NCBI GenBank assembly: GCA_964649995.1
Contig: CAZYRU010000001.1
Coordinates: 1 to 39,646, forward strand
Length of the DNA: 39,646 nt
Direction: 5' to 3'
DNA from: an uncultured Gammaproteobacteria bacterium
GTDB lineage: Bacteria; Patescibacteriota; Microgenomatia; UBA1406; GWC2-37-13
Made by a program: the position numbers and the translations under genes. Under the pieces are notes generated by a model. It had not been told where the DNA came from and did not search any database. It saw nothing but the letters and a program-made list of their open reading frames with translations. Within the stretch, counting starts at the first letter, position 1. Every line of letters starts with the position of its first letter. Positions 28,196 to 35,921 of the stretch are shown here, one piece after another.

Positions 28196-28951
28196 TTATC
28201 TTTTAATTTCATAACTAATTAGTAAATTCTTTTGATATTCATCCCAATTGCCATCGAAATAAATCCGCACTATTTCTTTTTCCTGTTCGTCGCTTTCAAT
28301 TTCAATTCTTTCGACGACGTTCTGGTCAATCCATTTCATATCGTCAATAGATAAGTTCAAATCGCTTGCTTCATACATTCTTTGATATTCAGCGTCGTTT
28401 CTAACTGCTTGCCTAATAACCACTACCTTCCTAGAACCAATAGAAGAAGAAACTATAGACTTACCCTTAGAAGAACTTAGAGAGTTTTCGTTAAAATTTG
28501 AGGATTTCAAGGCTAAAGCATCAGAATTTGGGAGAATATTTTCGCTTTTAAGGGGAGAAAACCTGACATTTTCAAGAATAAATTCCTGTGTTTGGTTTGT
28601 TTCTTCGCCGGCAAACTTACTAGCTTCACCGCCCCATTGATTAAGTCCAACTACATACCGAAGTGGAGACTTAACCGTGTATAAATTCCTTTTCTCGTCG
28701 ACTACTTTTATAAATCCCTTAGAAAGAAGTCCATTATGCCAATTTCTAACTGTATCTTCATGTTTATTGAAAACAAGGGCAATTTCGTCAGGAAAGGCCT
28801 CGAAGGAAGCAAACTTATATCCATGAGATTTATCAAAGTCCATCAAATCCAAGTAGTATTCAAATAAGAGGAATTCTTGAGGAGTAAGAATCCTGTTCGT
28901 GATTAGCAACCATCTATTCCTATGACTAGCTCGGTATCCGTTTAACTTCAT
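28196..28951 (-). CDS. hypothetical protein with N-terminal winged-helix (HTH_36-like) domain
   Basis: LTPQEFLLFEYYL...FPDEIALVFNKHEDTVRNWHNGLLSKGFIKVV resembles the wHTH of plasmid/phage replication or regulatory proteins. The C-terminus is acidic. Confidence 0.45.
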   Translation of the reverse strand: MKLNGYRASHRNRWLLITNRILTPQEFLLFEYYLDLMDFDKSHGYKFASFEAFPDEIALVFNKHEDTVRNWHNGLLSKGFIKVVDEKRNLYTVKSPLRYVVGLNQWGGEASKFAGEETNQTQEFILENVRFSPLKSENILPNSDALALKSSNFNENSLSSSKGKSIVSSSIGSRKVVVIRQAVRNDAEYQRMYEASDLNLSIDDMKWIDQNVVERIEIESDEQEKEIVRIYFDGNWDEYQKNLLISYEIKR

Positions 28952-29043
28952 GAGTACATTTTCTCTAGAAGTAAACGGATAAAATATACCGATTGAAAGG
29001 CCTGTTTATGGAATATGCAACTTAGAAGCCGGTAAGTTGCAGG

Positions 29044-29829
29044 TTAAGAAGCAAGCAGTTTCTCGTAGGTTTTAACAGCTTTTAAAACGTCAAGATAGGT
29101 GGTATTTTCTGTTTCGTGCTCTTTTACCCACTCGTTAGCTATCGTGTCATAAGTTTTTCCTTTTATTCTTTCCCAATACCAATGACGATATTTTCTAATG
29201 TTGGGGGCTAAATCAATTCTGGGCTGATAGTAGGACAATCGTTTATCAGTTTTCATTAATTCTTTTGCTTTCCTAAATTCTTCTTTTACGTCTTCGTAGG
29301 TTGAAGTGGGAGAAACAAAAATAGCTACTGGTGGCAAGGTAACGCCGAACCACAGAGAATTAGGTTCAATTACTTCTGCCTTTGTTGGATTAAAATCATC
29401 GCCTGAAACTATACCGCAATATATGGCTTGTCCGATTACATTATAAAAATATGGTGGTCGGTTAAACTCAAAGCATATAAGATAACATTCGTTTTCAAAT
29501 ACAATGGGGTAATCATTTTCTCCTTGAATTTCTTCATAGAAGTCGGGTAAGGATTCTTTTAAACTTTTAACTCTAGCATATTTGGATAAATTCATCTTTG
29601 TAAATCCTTTATCAGATAGTTCCATTAAAATATCAAAGTTTTTATCATTGCACTCGTCGAAAGGAATAAGGTTAACGAAACCATACTCTCTTCTTAGGAG
29701 GGGAAGTAAATTAAGAAATGCGGGTTTGTCAAACAGTAATGCGAGTTCTTGATAATTAATATCCTTATTACAACGAATATCAATCTTTAAATCCTGAAGA
29801 TAGGTTTTATCATTTTTTTTAATTTTCAT
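29044..29829 (-). CDS. hypothetical protein (261 aa)
   Basis: Long ORF with a good SD (AGGAGAAT before the ATG). No family recognised. Confidence 0.5.
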   Translation of the reverse strand: MKIKKNDKTYLQDLKIDIRCNKDINYQELALLFDKPAFLNLLPLLRREYGFVNLIPFDECNDKNFDILMELSDKGFTKMNLSKYARVKSLKESLPDFYEEIQGENDYPIVFENECYLICFEFNRPPYFYNVIGQAIYCGIVSGDDFNPTKAEVIEPNSLWFGVTLPPVAIFVSPTSTYEDVKEEFRKAKELMKTDKRLSYYQPRIDLAPNIRKYRHWYWERIKGKTYDTIANEWVKEHETENTTYLDVLKAVKTYEKLLAS

Positions 29830-29852
29830 AATTCTCCTGTTACTATTTTACT

Positions 29853-29877
29853 AAAAAAAGCCATCAGTTACGATGGC
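29853..29877 (-). terminator. rho-independent terminator candidate
   Basis: On the minus strand, GCCATC-GTAACT-GATGGC is followed by TTTTTTT, about 40 nt downstream of the stop of gene 29917..30351. Confidence 0.45.
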
Positions 29878-29916
29878 CCACATAGATAAAAAGGCCGCAG
29901 TGAAATTAATTATTGA

Positions 29917-30351
29917 TTAGTTGTTTGGTTGTAGCTGCAGTTCTGTTTGACAGTTGGGCGTACTGCAATTTAAGTCTAATTTTATTTTCTCATCAACTGT
30001 TTGGCTACCGATATTCAAATTTCCCTGACTCTCTGTGTAAAATGTTGTATTGCTTGTTCCGCTTTCAATTGACAACTGACCATTGCTTAGAGATTGGTTT
30101 AACAGACGGCCTTCTAACTGTTTTATCCTTTCTTCCAGTTCAGCGACTTTCTTTTCAAGTTCAGCAATTCTTGAGTCGTGGTTTTCAACTCTGCCTGTTA
30201 ATACTGCTAAAGCACTCTGAAATGGTTTGATTGCCTGGGAAAACCAGACAGGTATTGGCAGTTCAAATAGTTTCTGTTTGGCCTGAACCGAAGGAGTGAA
30301 AGTAAAGAGTAGTGTGCCGATTAAAACAGTAGAAATGATTATCTTTCTCAT
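29917..30351 (-). CDS. secreted coiled-coil protein (144 aa)
   Basis: Signal peptide MRKIIISTVLIGTLLFTFTPSVQA, a heptad-like segment RIAELEKKVAELEERIKQLEGRL, and C-terminal Cys residues. Confidence 0.55.
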   Translation of the reverse strand: MRKIIISTVLIGTLLFTFTPSVQAKQKLFELPIPVWFSQAIKPFQSALAVLTGRVENHDSRIAELEKKVAELEERIKQLEGRLLNQSLSNGQLSIESGTSNTTFYTESQGNLNIGSQTVDEKIKLDLNCSTPNCQTELQLQPNN

Positions 30352-30470
30352 AATTCTCCTTTAAATAAATCTTAGTATTTCTAAGAGTTGAAATCAACCC
30401 CATTTTCAAGGCTATTTGCTTAGTTCTGCTTTGTGGAGTAAAGGCATATCTCAATCCACAATTTAACTAT

Positions 30471-30692
30471 ATGTCTAAAACCACTAGGGAGACTTTGAGA
30501 AGTCTTGGAAAGAAGGTGCAGAAATTAAGGAAGCAGAAAGGATTCACTCAAGAAGACTTAGCTCATGAGTTGGGAATTTCTAGAGTTTACATGGGTTACA
30601 TCGAACAAGGCAGAGAAAGTCCATCTCTAAAACTTTTGATGAAGATAGCTAGGAAATTCGGTGTTAGCGTTGAGGATTTATTCCACAGATAG
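30471..30692 (+). CDS. XRE-family HTH regulator (possible R-M controller protein)
   Basis: 73 aa. LRKQKGFTQEDLAHELGISRVYMGYIEQGRESPSLKLLMKIARKFGVSVEDLF. Size and pattern resemble C proteins, and it sits next to the R-M locus. Confidence 0.7.
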   Translation: MSKTTRETLRSLGKKVQKLRKQKGFTQEDLAHELGISRVYMGYIEQGRESPSLKLLMKIARKFGVSVEDLFHR

Positions 30693-30729
30693 AAATATAA
30701 AATCCAGAGAAGAAATGTATTTACCCAAC

Positions 30730-31656
30730 CTAGATATGTTTAACCTTGAAATCTTGCATTTCTAACTGTTCGCTCGCTTCAAGGCGTTTAATCATTAATT
30801 TATAGTATTCTTTTTCTTTCTCTATAGCAATATATCTTCTCTTATATCTATGGACAACTAACGGTAGTGTTCCACTTCCGGCAAACGGGTCAATGATAAT
30901 ATCATTTTCTTTAGTTGCACCAAGAACAAACCTTTTAATTATTTCTAAAGGCTTTTGCGTTGGGTGTTTACCGTGTTTTCTCTCAATTGTGGGTGTTCCC
31001 GGTATATCCCACATATTTCGCATTTGTAGGTTCAGTGTTTTTAAATCAGGATTGCCACAAAAGGGACAATATGAGAAGTCTGATTCAAGTGTTTTTTTAC
31101 ACTTGTCGCATTTCTTAACTCCATTTAATTTCTTGAGCGTTTCATAGTTAAACACCCAATTCTTTGCATCCTTTTGAGAATTATTGACCGCCCAAATCAC
31201 AAATTCAGTGCTATCGCAGAGCATGCGGTGAGTTATATTAGGGAAAGCATTTCTCTTATACCAAGTAATAAAATTAAGTATTTTCTTTTCTTCTTGTTCC
31301 AAGACTGAAGCGATTTTAAAGATATTGTGATGACTACCAAATATAATGATGTTTCCGTTGGGCTTAACAATTCTAAATATTTCTTTTAACCAAGCTCGAG
31401 TGAAATCTTCATATGTCTTGTTTGAGAAACTATCCCATTTCTCATCAATCTTTGTAAAATTCTTCTTTTTAGTCCAATAATTATTAGATTTCAACCATCC
31501 GATTTTCTTCTTACCATCATATCCAGAGATATTATAAGGTGGGTCTGTTATACAGTGGTCTACAGAATGATTAGAAATTGAAGAAAATATTAATAGGCAA
31601 TCATTGAGGATAAGGTTATTATCTAGCTTGGGATTATAATTTACTGAAGTTTTCAT
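30730..31656 (-). CDS. beta-class N6-adenine/N4-cytosine DNA methyltransferase with Cys4 ribbon insertion
   Basis: Motif IV CITDPPYNISG lies N-terminal. HPTQKPLEII and motif I IIIDPFAGSGTLPLV lie C-terminal (PF01555-type order). Insert CDKCKK...YCPFCG. Confidence 0.85.
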   Translation of the reverse strand: MKTSVNYNPKLDNNLILNDCLLIFSSISNHSVDHCITDPPYNISGYDGKKKIGWLKSNNYWTKKKNFTKIDEKWDSFSNKTYEDFTRAWLKEIFRIVKPNGNIIIFGSHHNIFKIASVLEQEEKKILNFITWYKRNAFPNITHRMLCDSTEFVIWAVNNSQKDAKNWVFNYETLKKLNGVKKCDKCKKTLESDFSYCPFCGNPDLKTLNLQMRNMWDIPGTPTIERKHGKHPTQKPLEIIKRFVLGATKENDIIIDPFAGSGTLPLVVHRYKRRYIAIEKEKEYYKLMIKRLEASEQLEMQDFKVKHI

Positions 31657-31738
31657 AAATTTTTACTCCGACTCTTTAAGACAGCACTATGTTAAAATAT
31701 CTACAACCATTTTATCAAATTTGGTATCTTGTTTAACT

Positions 31739-32713
31739 ATGGATAAAGATTTAGGCCATCTTATCAAAAGACTTGCTGAAATACAGAATGAATTATTCAG
31801 AAGATATGGAATTGAAGATATCTATTCAAGTAGTAAAATCTTTGAGATATTAATCTCGGATAGACTCAATCATATTTTACTTCCTTGTCATGCTGGTTCA
31901 AGGGATGGAAAAGATGCTTGCGGAGATTACGAATATAAACACTATAAAGAGTCGAGCTCAAACCATACATGGACGTTTAACGATTTCAGTGATACGACTA
32001 TTGAGAAACTCAAACATTGCTATGCAGTAATATTTGCCCATATTGAAGACCAAAGAGAGTTTCCAGAATTTGATTGGTTTTATCAAGTTCCGGGGACAAC
32101 TATCAGTAACTATCTTAAACAAGCAACCATTAAAATACAGAATACGAGGAAGATGATAAATGTGAGTCCTTCTCAAATTGAAAATGTAATGGGGATAAAG
32201 AGATGCTATACGAAGGATGTTTCCTGCAAACATTTATATACCGATTACTTAAAAGAAATATTTTCTATAGCCAGACAGATAGAGAAGATAGTCGGAACTA
32301 AGGATATTTTAACCAGTAACAAATTGTGGGAAATACTAGTTTCGTTAGAGACGGGACATAAAATACTATCTGAGCAAAAGGAGCACGACGCAGTTGATGG
32401 GAATGGTGAATTTTACGAGTATAAAGTAGCCAGGAATTATTCTTGGAACTTTGAGGATATTTCACCAAATGTCCTATCGAAATTTAAGAAAGAAAGGGCT
32501 ATAATTTTAGCAACTATTAACAAGAAGGAAATGAAGGTAGTGAAGATATATTCTGCTGAACCACATAAAGTGATTAAAAGGCTAGAAGAAAAACTAGAAG
32601 AAAGAAGACTCCGTTTTCTGAATCAGGGTAAAACAGTAAGAAGACTGCAGGTATCATTAAGTTTAAACGACCTTGCAAGAGTTGGAGCTACGCAGACGTA
32701 CCCGCAAAGTTAA
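31739..32713 (+). CDS. tandem-duplicated PvuII-like PD-(D/E)xK restriction endonuclease (two subunit-size halves in one chain)
   Basis: Two homologous halves of about 160 aa: KIFEILIS...RDGKDACGDYEYKH...WTFNDFSDTTIEKLK and KLWEILVS...HDAVDGNGEFYEYKV...WNFEDISPNVLSKFK. The second matches my recollection of the PvuII catalytic segment NDAVDNAGQEYELKS (D-x9-E-x-K). Flanked by two methyltransferases. First ATG is 31739; the ORF track opens at TTG 31721. Confidence 0.6.
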   Translation: MDKDLGHLIKRLAEIQNELFRRYGIEDIYSSSKIFEILISDRLNHILLPCHAGSRDGKDACGDYEYKHYKESSSNHTWTFNDFSDTTIEKLKHCYAVIFAHIEDQREFPEFDWFYQVPGTTISNYLKQATIKIQNTRKMINVSPSQIENVMGIKRCYTKDVSCKHLYTDYLKEIFSIARQIEKIVGTKDILTSNKLWEILVSLETGHKILSEQKEHDAVDGNGEFYEYKVARNYSWNFEDISPNVLSKFKKERAIILATINKKEMKVVKIYSAEPHKVIKRLEEKLEERRLRFLNQGKTVRRLQVSLSLNDLARVGATQTYPQS

Positions 32714-33414
32714 AATAACGTAGTAGGTGTCATTTCTATGCGTTTAGTCGCAAGTTTGCAGTATTCTTTATCTATTTCAAATCCTATAAAGTTTCTTTTT
32801 AAGAGTTTACACGCAACAGCAGTTGTTCCGCTACCCATAAAAGGGTCAATAACTAAATCTCCCTTATCTGTTGTTAATTCAATTAATTTCTTCATTAATT
32901 CTAAAGGCTTTTGCGTTGGGTGTATTCTATCTTTTCCTTTGGGAGCTTGGAATTTAAAGATATTATGTTCATAGTTGCTATTCCAGGTCGCCCCAGGCAT
33001 TTTACCTACTACTGCAACCTCCCAAGCGTTTAGAAATCTGCTTTTAGCATTTAAGGGTAGGGGGTCTGGTTTCTGCCAAACAATTGCATCAACGGCAATA
33101 AATCCATCGTGTTCTAATGCATTCCAGTAAACTCCTAAATCTTTCTTTGCACAGAAAGAAATAAACCACCCTTTTATCTTTGGAATTGCTATTTCTAACC
33201 ATTTCTTATTAAATTTATCCCATTCCCCAAATTCGAAATCCAACTTTGCTGTTGTTCCAAGTCGTTTTCCTTTACAGTTAAGCTTCTTGCTAATTCCGTA
33301 GGGAGGGTCTGCAATCAATAAGTCTATTGAATTATCAGGAAGTTTTTTTAATCCCTCTATACAATCAACACATTGAATCGTATTCAACCAGGTTTTAATA
33401 ATATCGTCTTTCAT
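32710..33414 (-). CDS. beta-class N6-adenine/N4-cytosine DNA methyltransferase
   Basis: LIADPPYGISK (motif IV), HPTQKPLELM, and VIDPFMGSGTTAVA (motif I). 2-nt gap after lexA. 4-nt convergent overlap with the nuclease gene. Confidence 0.85.
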   Translation of the reverse strand: MKDDIIKTWLNTIQCVDCIEGLKKLPDNSIDLLIADPPYGISKKLNCKGKRLGTTAKLDFEFGEWDKFNKKWLEIAIPKIKGWFISFCAKKDLGVYWNALEHDGFIAVDAIVWQKPDPLPLNAKSRFLNAWEVAVVGKMPGATWNSNYEHNIFKFQAPKGKDRIHPTQKPLELMKKLIELTTDKGDLVIDPFMGSGTTAVACKLLKRNFIGFEIDKEYCKLATKRIEMTPTTLF

Positions 33415-33416
33415 TA

Positions 33417-34028
33417 TTAAATTGGATTATTTCTAATTAATCCCTTAAAGACACCTCTAATTTCTAATCTGTCTGGAAATATTGGTTTGTACTTTGGATT
33501 CTTTGGCTGTAAATATGGTTTTCCATCTTTATATTTTAACTGTTTAAGCGTTGCCCCATCTTCTGTCACTGCAACAACTGTATCATTGACATCAGCTGTA
33601 AATTGATGCTTAACTACGATTATATCCTTATCCCAGATGCCGTCTTCTATCATACTGTTGCCTTTAACTTTAAGGGCATAGTAATTTCCTCTATTGGTAA
33701 TCATGGTTCTTGGGACCTTAATTGGTTCAGGATTTTCTATCGGTTCAATCGGAATGCCGGCGGCTATAAATCCCAGCATGGGGATTTCTACTGTTTCGGG
33801 TGACTCTTCAAATAATGATACGCCTCTTGGTTGGTATTCCTCTTTCTTTAAGTACCCCTTAGTTTTAAGGGCATTGACGTGCTGATGGACCGTTGAGACT
33901 GCCAAACTAAATTTGCCACCAATTTCTTCTAAGGAGGGAGCATAACCTTTCTTACCGGTAAATGAGGTTATAAAATCAAGTATTTCCTTCTGCTTAGGAG
34001 TGAGAGTCCTCTTGATTATTTTATTCAT
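33417..34028 (-). CDS. lexA: LexA-type repressor (S24 self-cleaving)
   Basis: LexA DNA-binding wHTH (LTPKQKEILDFI..GYAPSLEEIGGKFSL.STVHQHVNALKTKGYLKK), Ala-Gly cleavage site (FIAAGIPIE), catalytic Ser (VKGNSMIEDGI) and Lys (GATLKQLKY). Confidence 0.85.
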   Translation of the reverse strand: MNKIIKRTLTPKQKEILDFITSFTGKKGYAPSLEEIGGKFSLAVSTVHQHVNALKTKGYLKKEEYQPRGVSLFEESPETVEIPMLGFIAAGIPIEPIENPEPIKVPRTMITNRGNYYALKVKGNSMIEDGIWDKDIIVVKHQFTADVNDTVVAVTEDGATLKQLKYKDGKPYLQPKNPKYKPIFPDRLEIRGVFKGLIRNNPI

Positions 34029-34048
34029 CTATATTATTATAATACCGA

Positions 34049-34071
34049 AACTGTTACGAAAGTCAACAGTT
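34049..34071. promoter_or_regulatory. palindromic operator candidate in the lexA / four-gene-operon divergent promoter region
   Basis: Perfect inverted repeat AACTGTT-N9-AACAGTT (34049-34055 / 34065-34071). It lies just downstream of a plus-strand TATAAT (34038-34043) and overlaps a TAAAAT (34071-34076). Confidence 0.45.
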
Positions 34072-34096
34072 AAAATATTAGTTTTTAAGATGGGGG

Positions 34097-34417
34097 GTGA
34101 GCATGATGGCAGAAACAGCGGCACATCAACGAGCGAAAGCTAAAGCGGCCGGAAAAGGCGGTGCTAAAGAAGTTAAAATCGGTCGAAAAAGAGTTGACGC
34201 GCTCACTGCTTCCAAGAAAAGAGTTACGGAAGTAGAACGAAGCGGCGACACGAGGTCTTTAAGGGCCGCCGCCAGGAGACTGAAAGCGGCCAAAGCTCCA
34301 CAGAAGGTCTTGCAAGTTCCCAATCAAGACATGCTCAAGGCGAAGGAGGCCATGAAGTTCGAAAAGGTCAAAGGTACGGTTAAAAACATGGCCGGCACTA
34401 AACGCATTTCTGTTTAA
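34097..34417 (+). CDS. small basic Ala/Lys/Arg-rich protein (about 104-106 aa), unknown function
   Basis: First gene of the operon divergent from lexA. A G-rich SD (GGGGGG) precedes ATG 34103. Noticeably GC-rich. The stretch GRKRVDALTASKKRVTEVERSG weakly recalls minimal D...E-x-K nuclease cores (speculative). Confidence 0.5.
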   Translation: MSMMAETAAHQRAKAKAAGKGGAKEVKIGRKRVDALTASKKRVTEVERSGDTRSLRAAARRLKAAKAPQKVLQVPNQDMLKAKEAMKFEKVKGTVKNMAGTKRISV

Positions 34418-34440
34418 ATTTAAGAGGAGCGTAAAACACC

Positions 34441-34674
34441 ATGAAATTAAACGATTTTCTTTCTGTTAACAGGTATTACAGGATGGATAATCATCAACTC
34501 GAACTCGAGGCGGCCAAATATAAAATTGGTGGTTATGGAATAGATGATAGAGTGGTGAGGGAAAGGATAATCGAACAATTATTAGAGAAAGACAAGGCTA
34601 ACAACTCCAGATATGCGATATTTATTTCACTTGTGGCACTAAGCGTTAGTATTCTCGTATTAATAATTAAATAG
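34441..34674 (+). CDS. small tail-anchored membrane protein (77 aa)
   Basis: Soluble N-terminal part and a single C-terminal TM helix (YAIFISLVALSVSILVLIIK). GAGGAG SD upstream. 23-nt gap after the preceding gene. Confidence 0.45.
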   Translation: MKLNDFLSVNRYYRMDNHQLELEAAKYKIGGYGIDDRVVRERIIEQLLEKDKANNSRYAIFISLVALSVSILVLIIK

Positions 34675-34710
34675 GAAATAAGCCGAGACTAAGAAGAAAA
34701 TAAATATAAA

Positions 34711-35919
34711 GTGATAACTAAAGACGAAATTGACCAGAAGGCAAAGGAATATCAGATAAATCCCCCCGATGTTGAGAAGGATTACATCTTCAGCTGGCTG
34801 TTAAACGCCATATATAGTCAATCATCTTTAAACAATCTTCTTATCTTAAAAGGCGGCAACGGGTTAAGGAAGGTTTATCTCCCCAATACTCGCTTTTCTA
34901 AAGATTTAGATTTCTCGGTAGAACAACAAATAGACATGGTTTTTCTGCGTGATGAGCTAAATAAAATTTGTTCTGCTGTAAGCGAGCAGACGAGTGTTAA
35001 ATTTGAACTTGACAGAACTCTCGTTAGGCCTAAGGATATTCCTGTTGCCAGCAATGACATTCTGGAGGCCCGTTTGTATTTCAAGGGATTTTACGGCGAA
35101 GAAACTATTTCTCTTAAAACCCAGCTCGATATTACTCAGTTTGATAAATTATATCTGCCGGTTCAGTCTAAACAGTTGATTCACCCATATTCGGATAAGG
35201 ATAAATGCGTATCCAGTGTAAAATGTCAGAAGGCAGAAGAAATACTTGCCTCAAAGCTAAACTGTTTACTGCATCGAAGGAAAGTTGCCGACCTGTTTGA
35301 CTTGCTGTACTCAATATTATTCTCAAAGGATTTTCCGGTAAACAGGCTTGAAGTTGTCACTACTTTCTTAAAGAAATCGGTATATGAAGCGATGCCGGGC
35401 TCGGCTAAACAGCAATTACTGGGAGTCCAGCTTGAAGAATATCGACCATTCTGGGATACATTAATTGCCCCAGTTACCAGTATTTTCAAATTTGATGTTG
35501 TGATAAACAACTTTAATCAATTGATAGAAAATTTATTCAGCCTTATTTCTCCTCCTCCGCCTCGTCCTGCCTTTGTGACCCATTATAGTTCTCCCCGAAG
35601 TTATATTGGTGGTTTTAGCAGTTATCATCCTTCACCTGTCTACTTTTCTTCAGATATTAGGGGCACAATTATTAATGCCGGCAGGTCAAGAACTATGGTG
35701 GAATTGTTATATGATGGCTACGAAAGATTGGTTGAGCCGTATTCTATGGAATACTATGTTCGAAAAAAAGACGGGGTGGGTATGGAATATTTCTGGGGAT
35801 ACGATACATCAGGCGGTAAATCAGGAGAACGCTCTATCAAAAGATTTATTTGCGATAAGATTCAATCTGTCCGGTCAACAAATTATGGTTTTAGTCCTCG
35901 TTATGAGGTTGAGTTTTAA
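34711..35919 (+). CDS. AbiEii/DUF1814-family nucleotidyltransferase fused to a C-terminal WYL-like domain
   Basis: N-terminus VEKDYIFSWLL...LILKGGNGLRKVYLPNTRFSKDLDFSV is the AbiEii (PF08843) signature, including the GG...DxD NTase motif. The C-terminus LLYDGYERLVEPYSMEYYV...MEYFWGYD...IKRFICDKIQSVRST..FSPRYEVE follows the WYL-domain pattern. GTG start. Confidence 0.7.
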   Translation: MITKDEIDQKAKEYQINPPDVEKDYIFSWLLNAIYSQSSLNNLLILKGGNGLRKVYLPNTRFSKDLDFSVEQQIDMVFLRDELNKICSAVSEQTSVKFELDRTLVRPKDIPVASNDILEARLYFKGFYGEETISLKTQLDITQFDKLYLPVQSKQLIHPYSDKDKCVSSVKCQKAEEILASKLNCLLHRRKVADLFDLLYSILFSKDFPVNRLEVVTTFLKKSVYEAMPGSAKQQLLGVQLEEYRPFWDTLIAPVTSIFKFDVVINNFNQLIENLFSLISPPPPRPAFVTHYSSPRSYIGGFSSYHPSPVYFSSDIRGTIINAGRSRTMVELLYDGYERLVEPYSMEYYVRKKDGVGMEYFWGYDTSGGKSGERSIKRFICDKIQSVRSTNYGFSPRYEVEF

Positions 35920-35921
35920 AT

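Noticed and set aside
29913-30230. 105-aa plus-strand ORF
   Set aside because: It is antisense to ORF 29917..30351, which has a clear signal peptide and coiled coil. The plus-strand product has no such features.
31657-31738. C-box-like operator in the methyltransferase/nuclease divergent promoter region (GACTCTTTAAGAC)
   Set aside because: The sequence is not actually palindromic when reverse-complemented. Only an extended -10-like TGTTAAAAT (31690-31698) is notable.
34049-34071. Classification of the palindrome as an E. coli-type SOS box or Gram-positive Cheo box
   Set aside because: The CTGT and ACAG cores are separated by 11 nt rather than 8, and there is no GAAC-N4-GTTC. It is kept only as a lineage-specific operator candidate.
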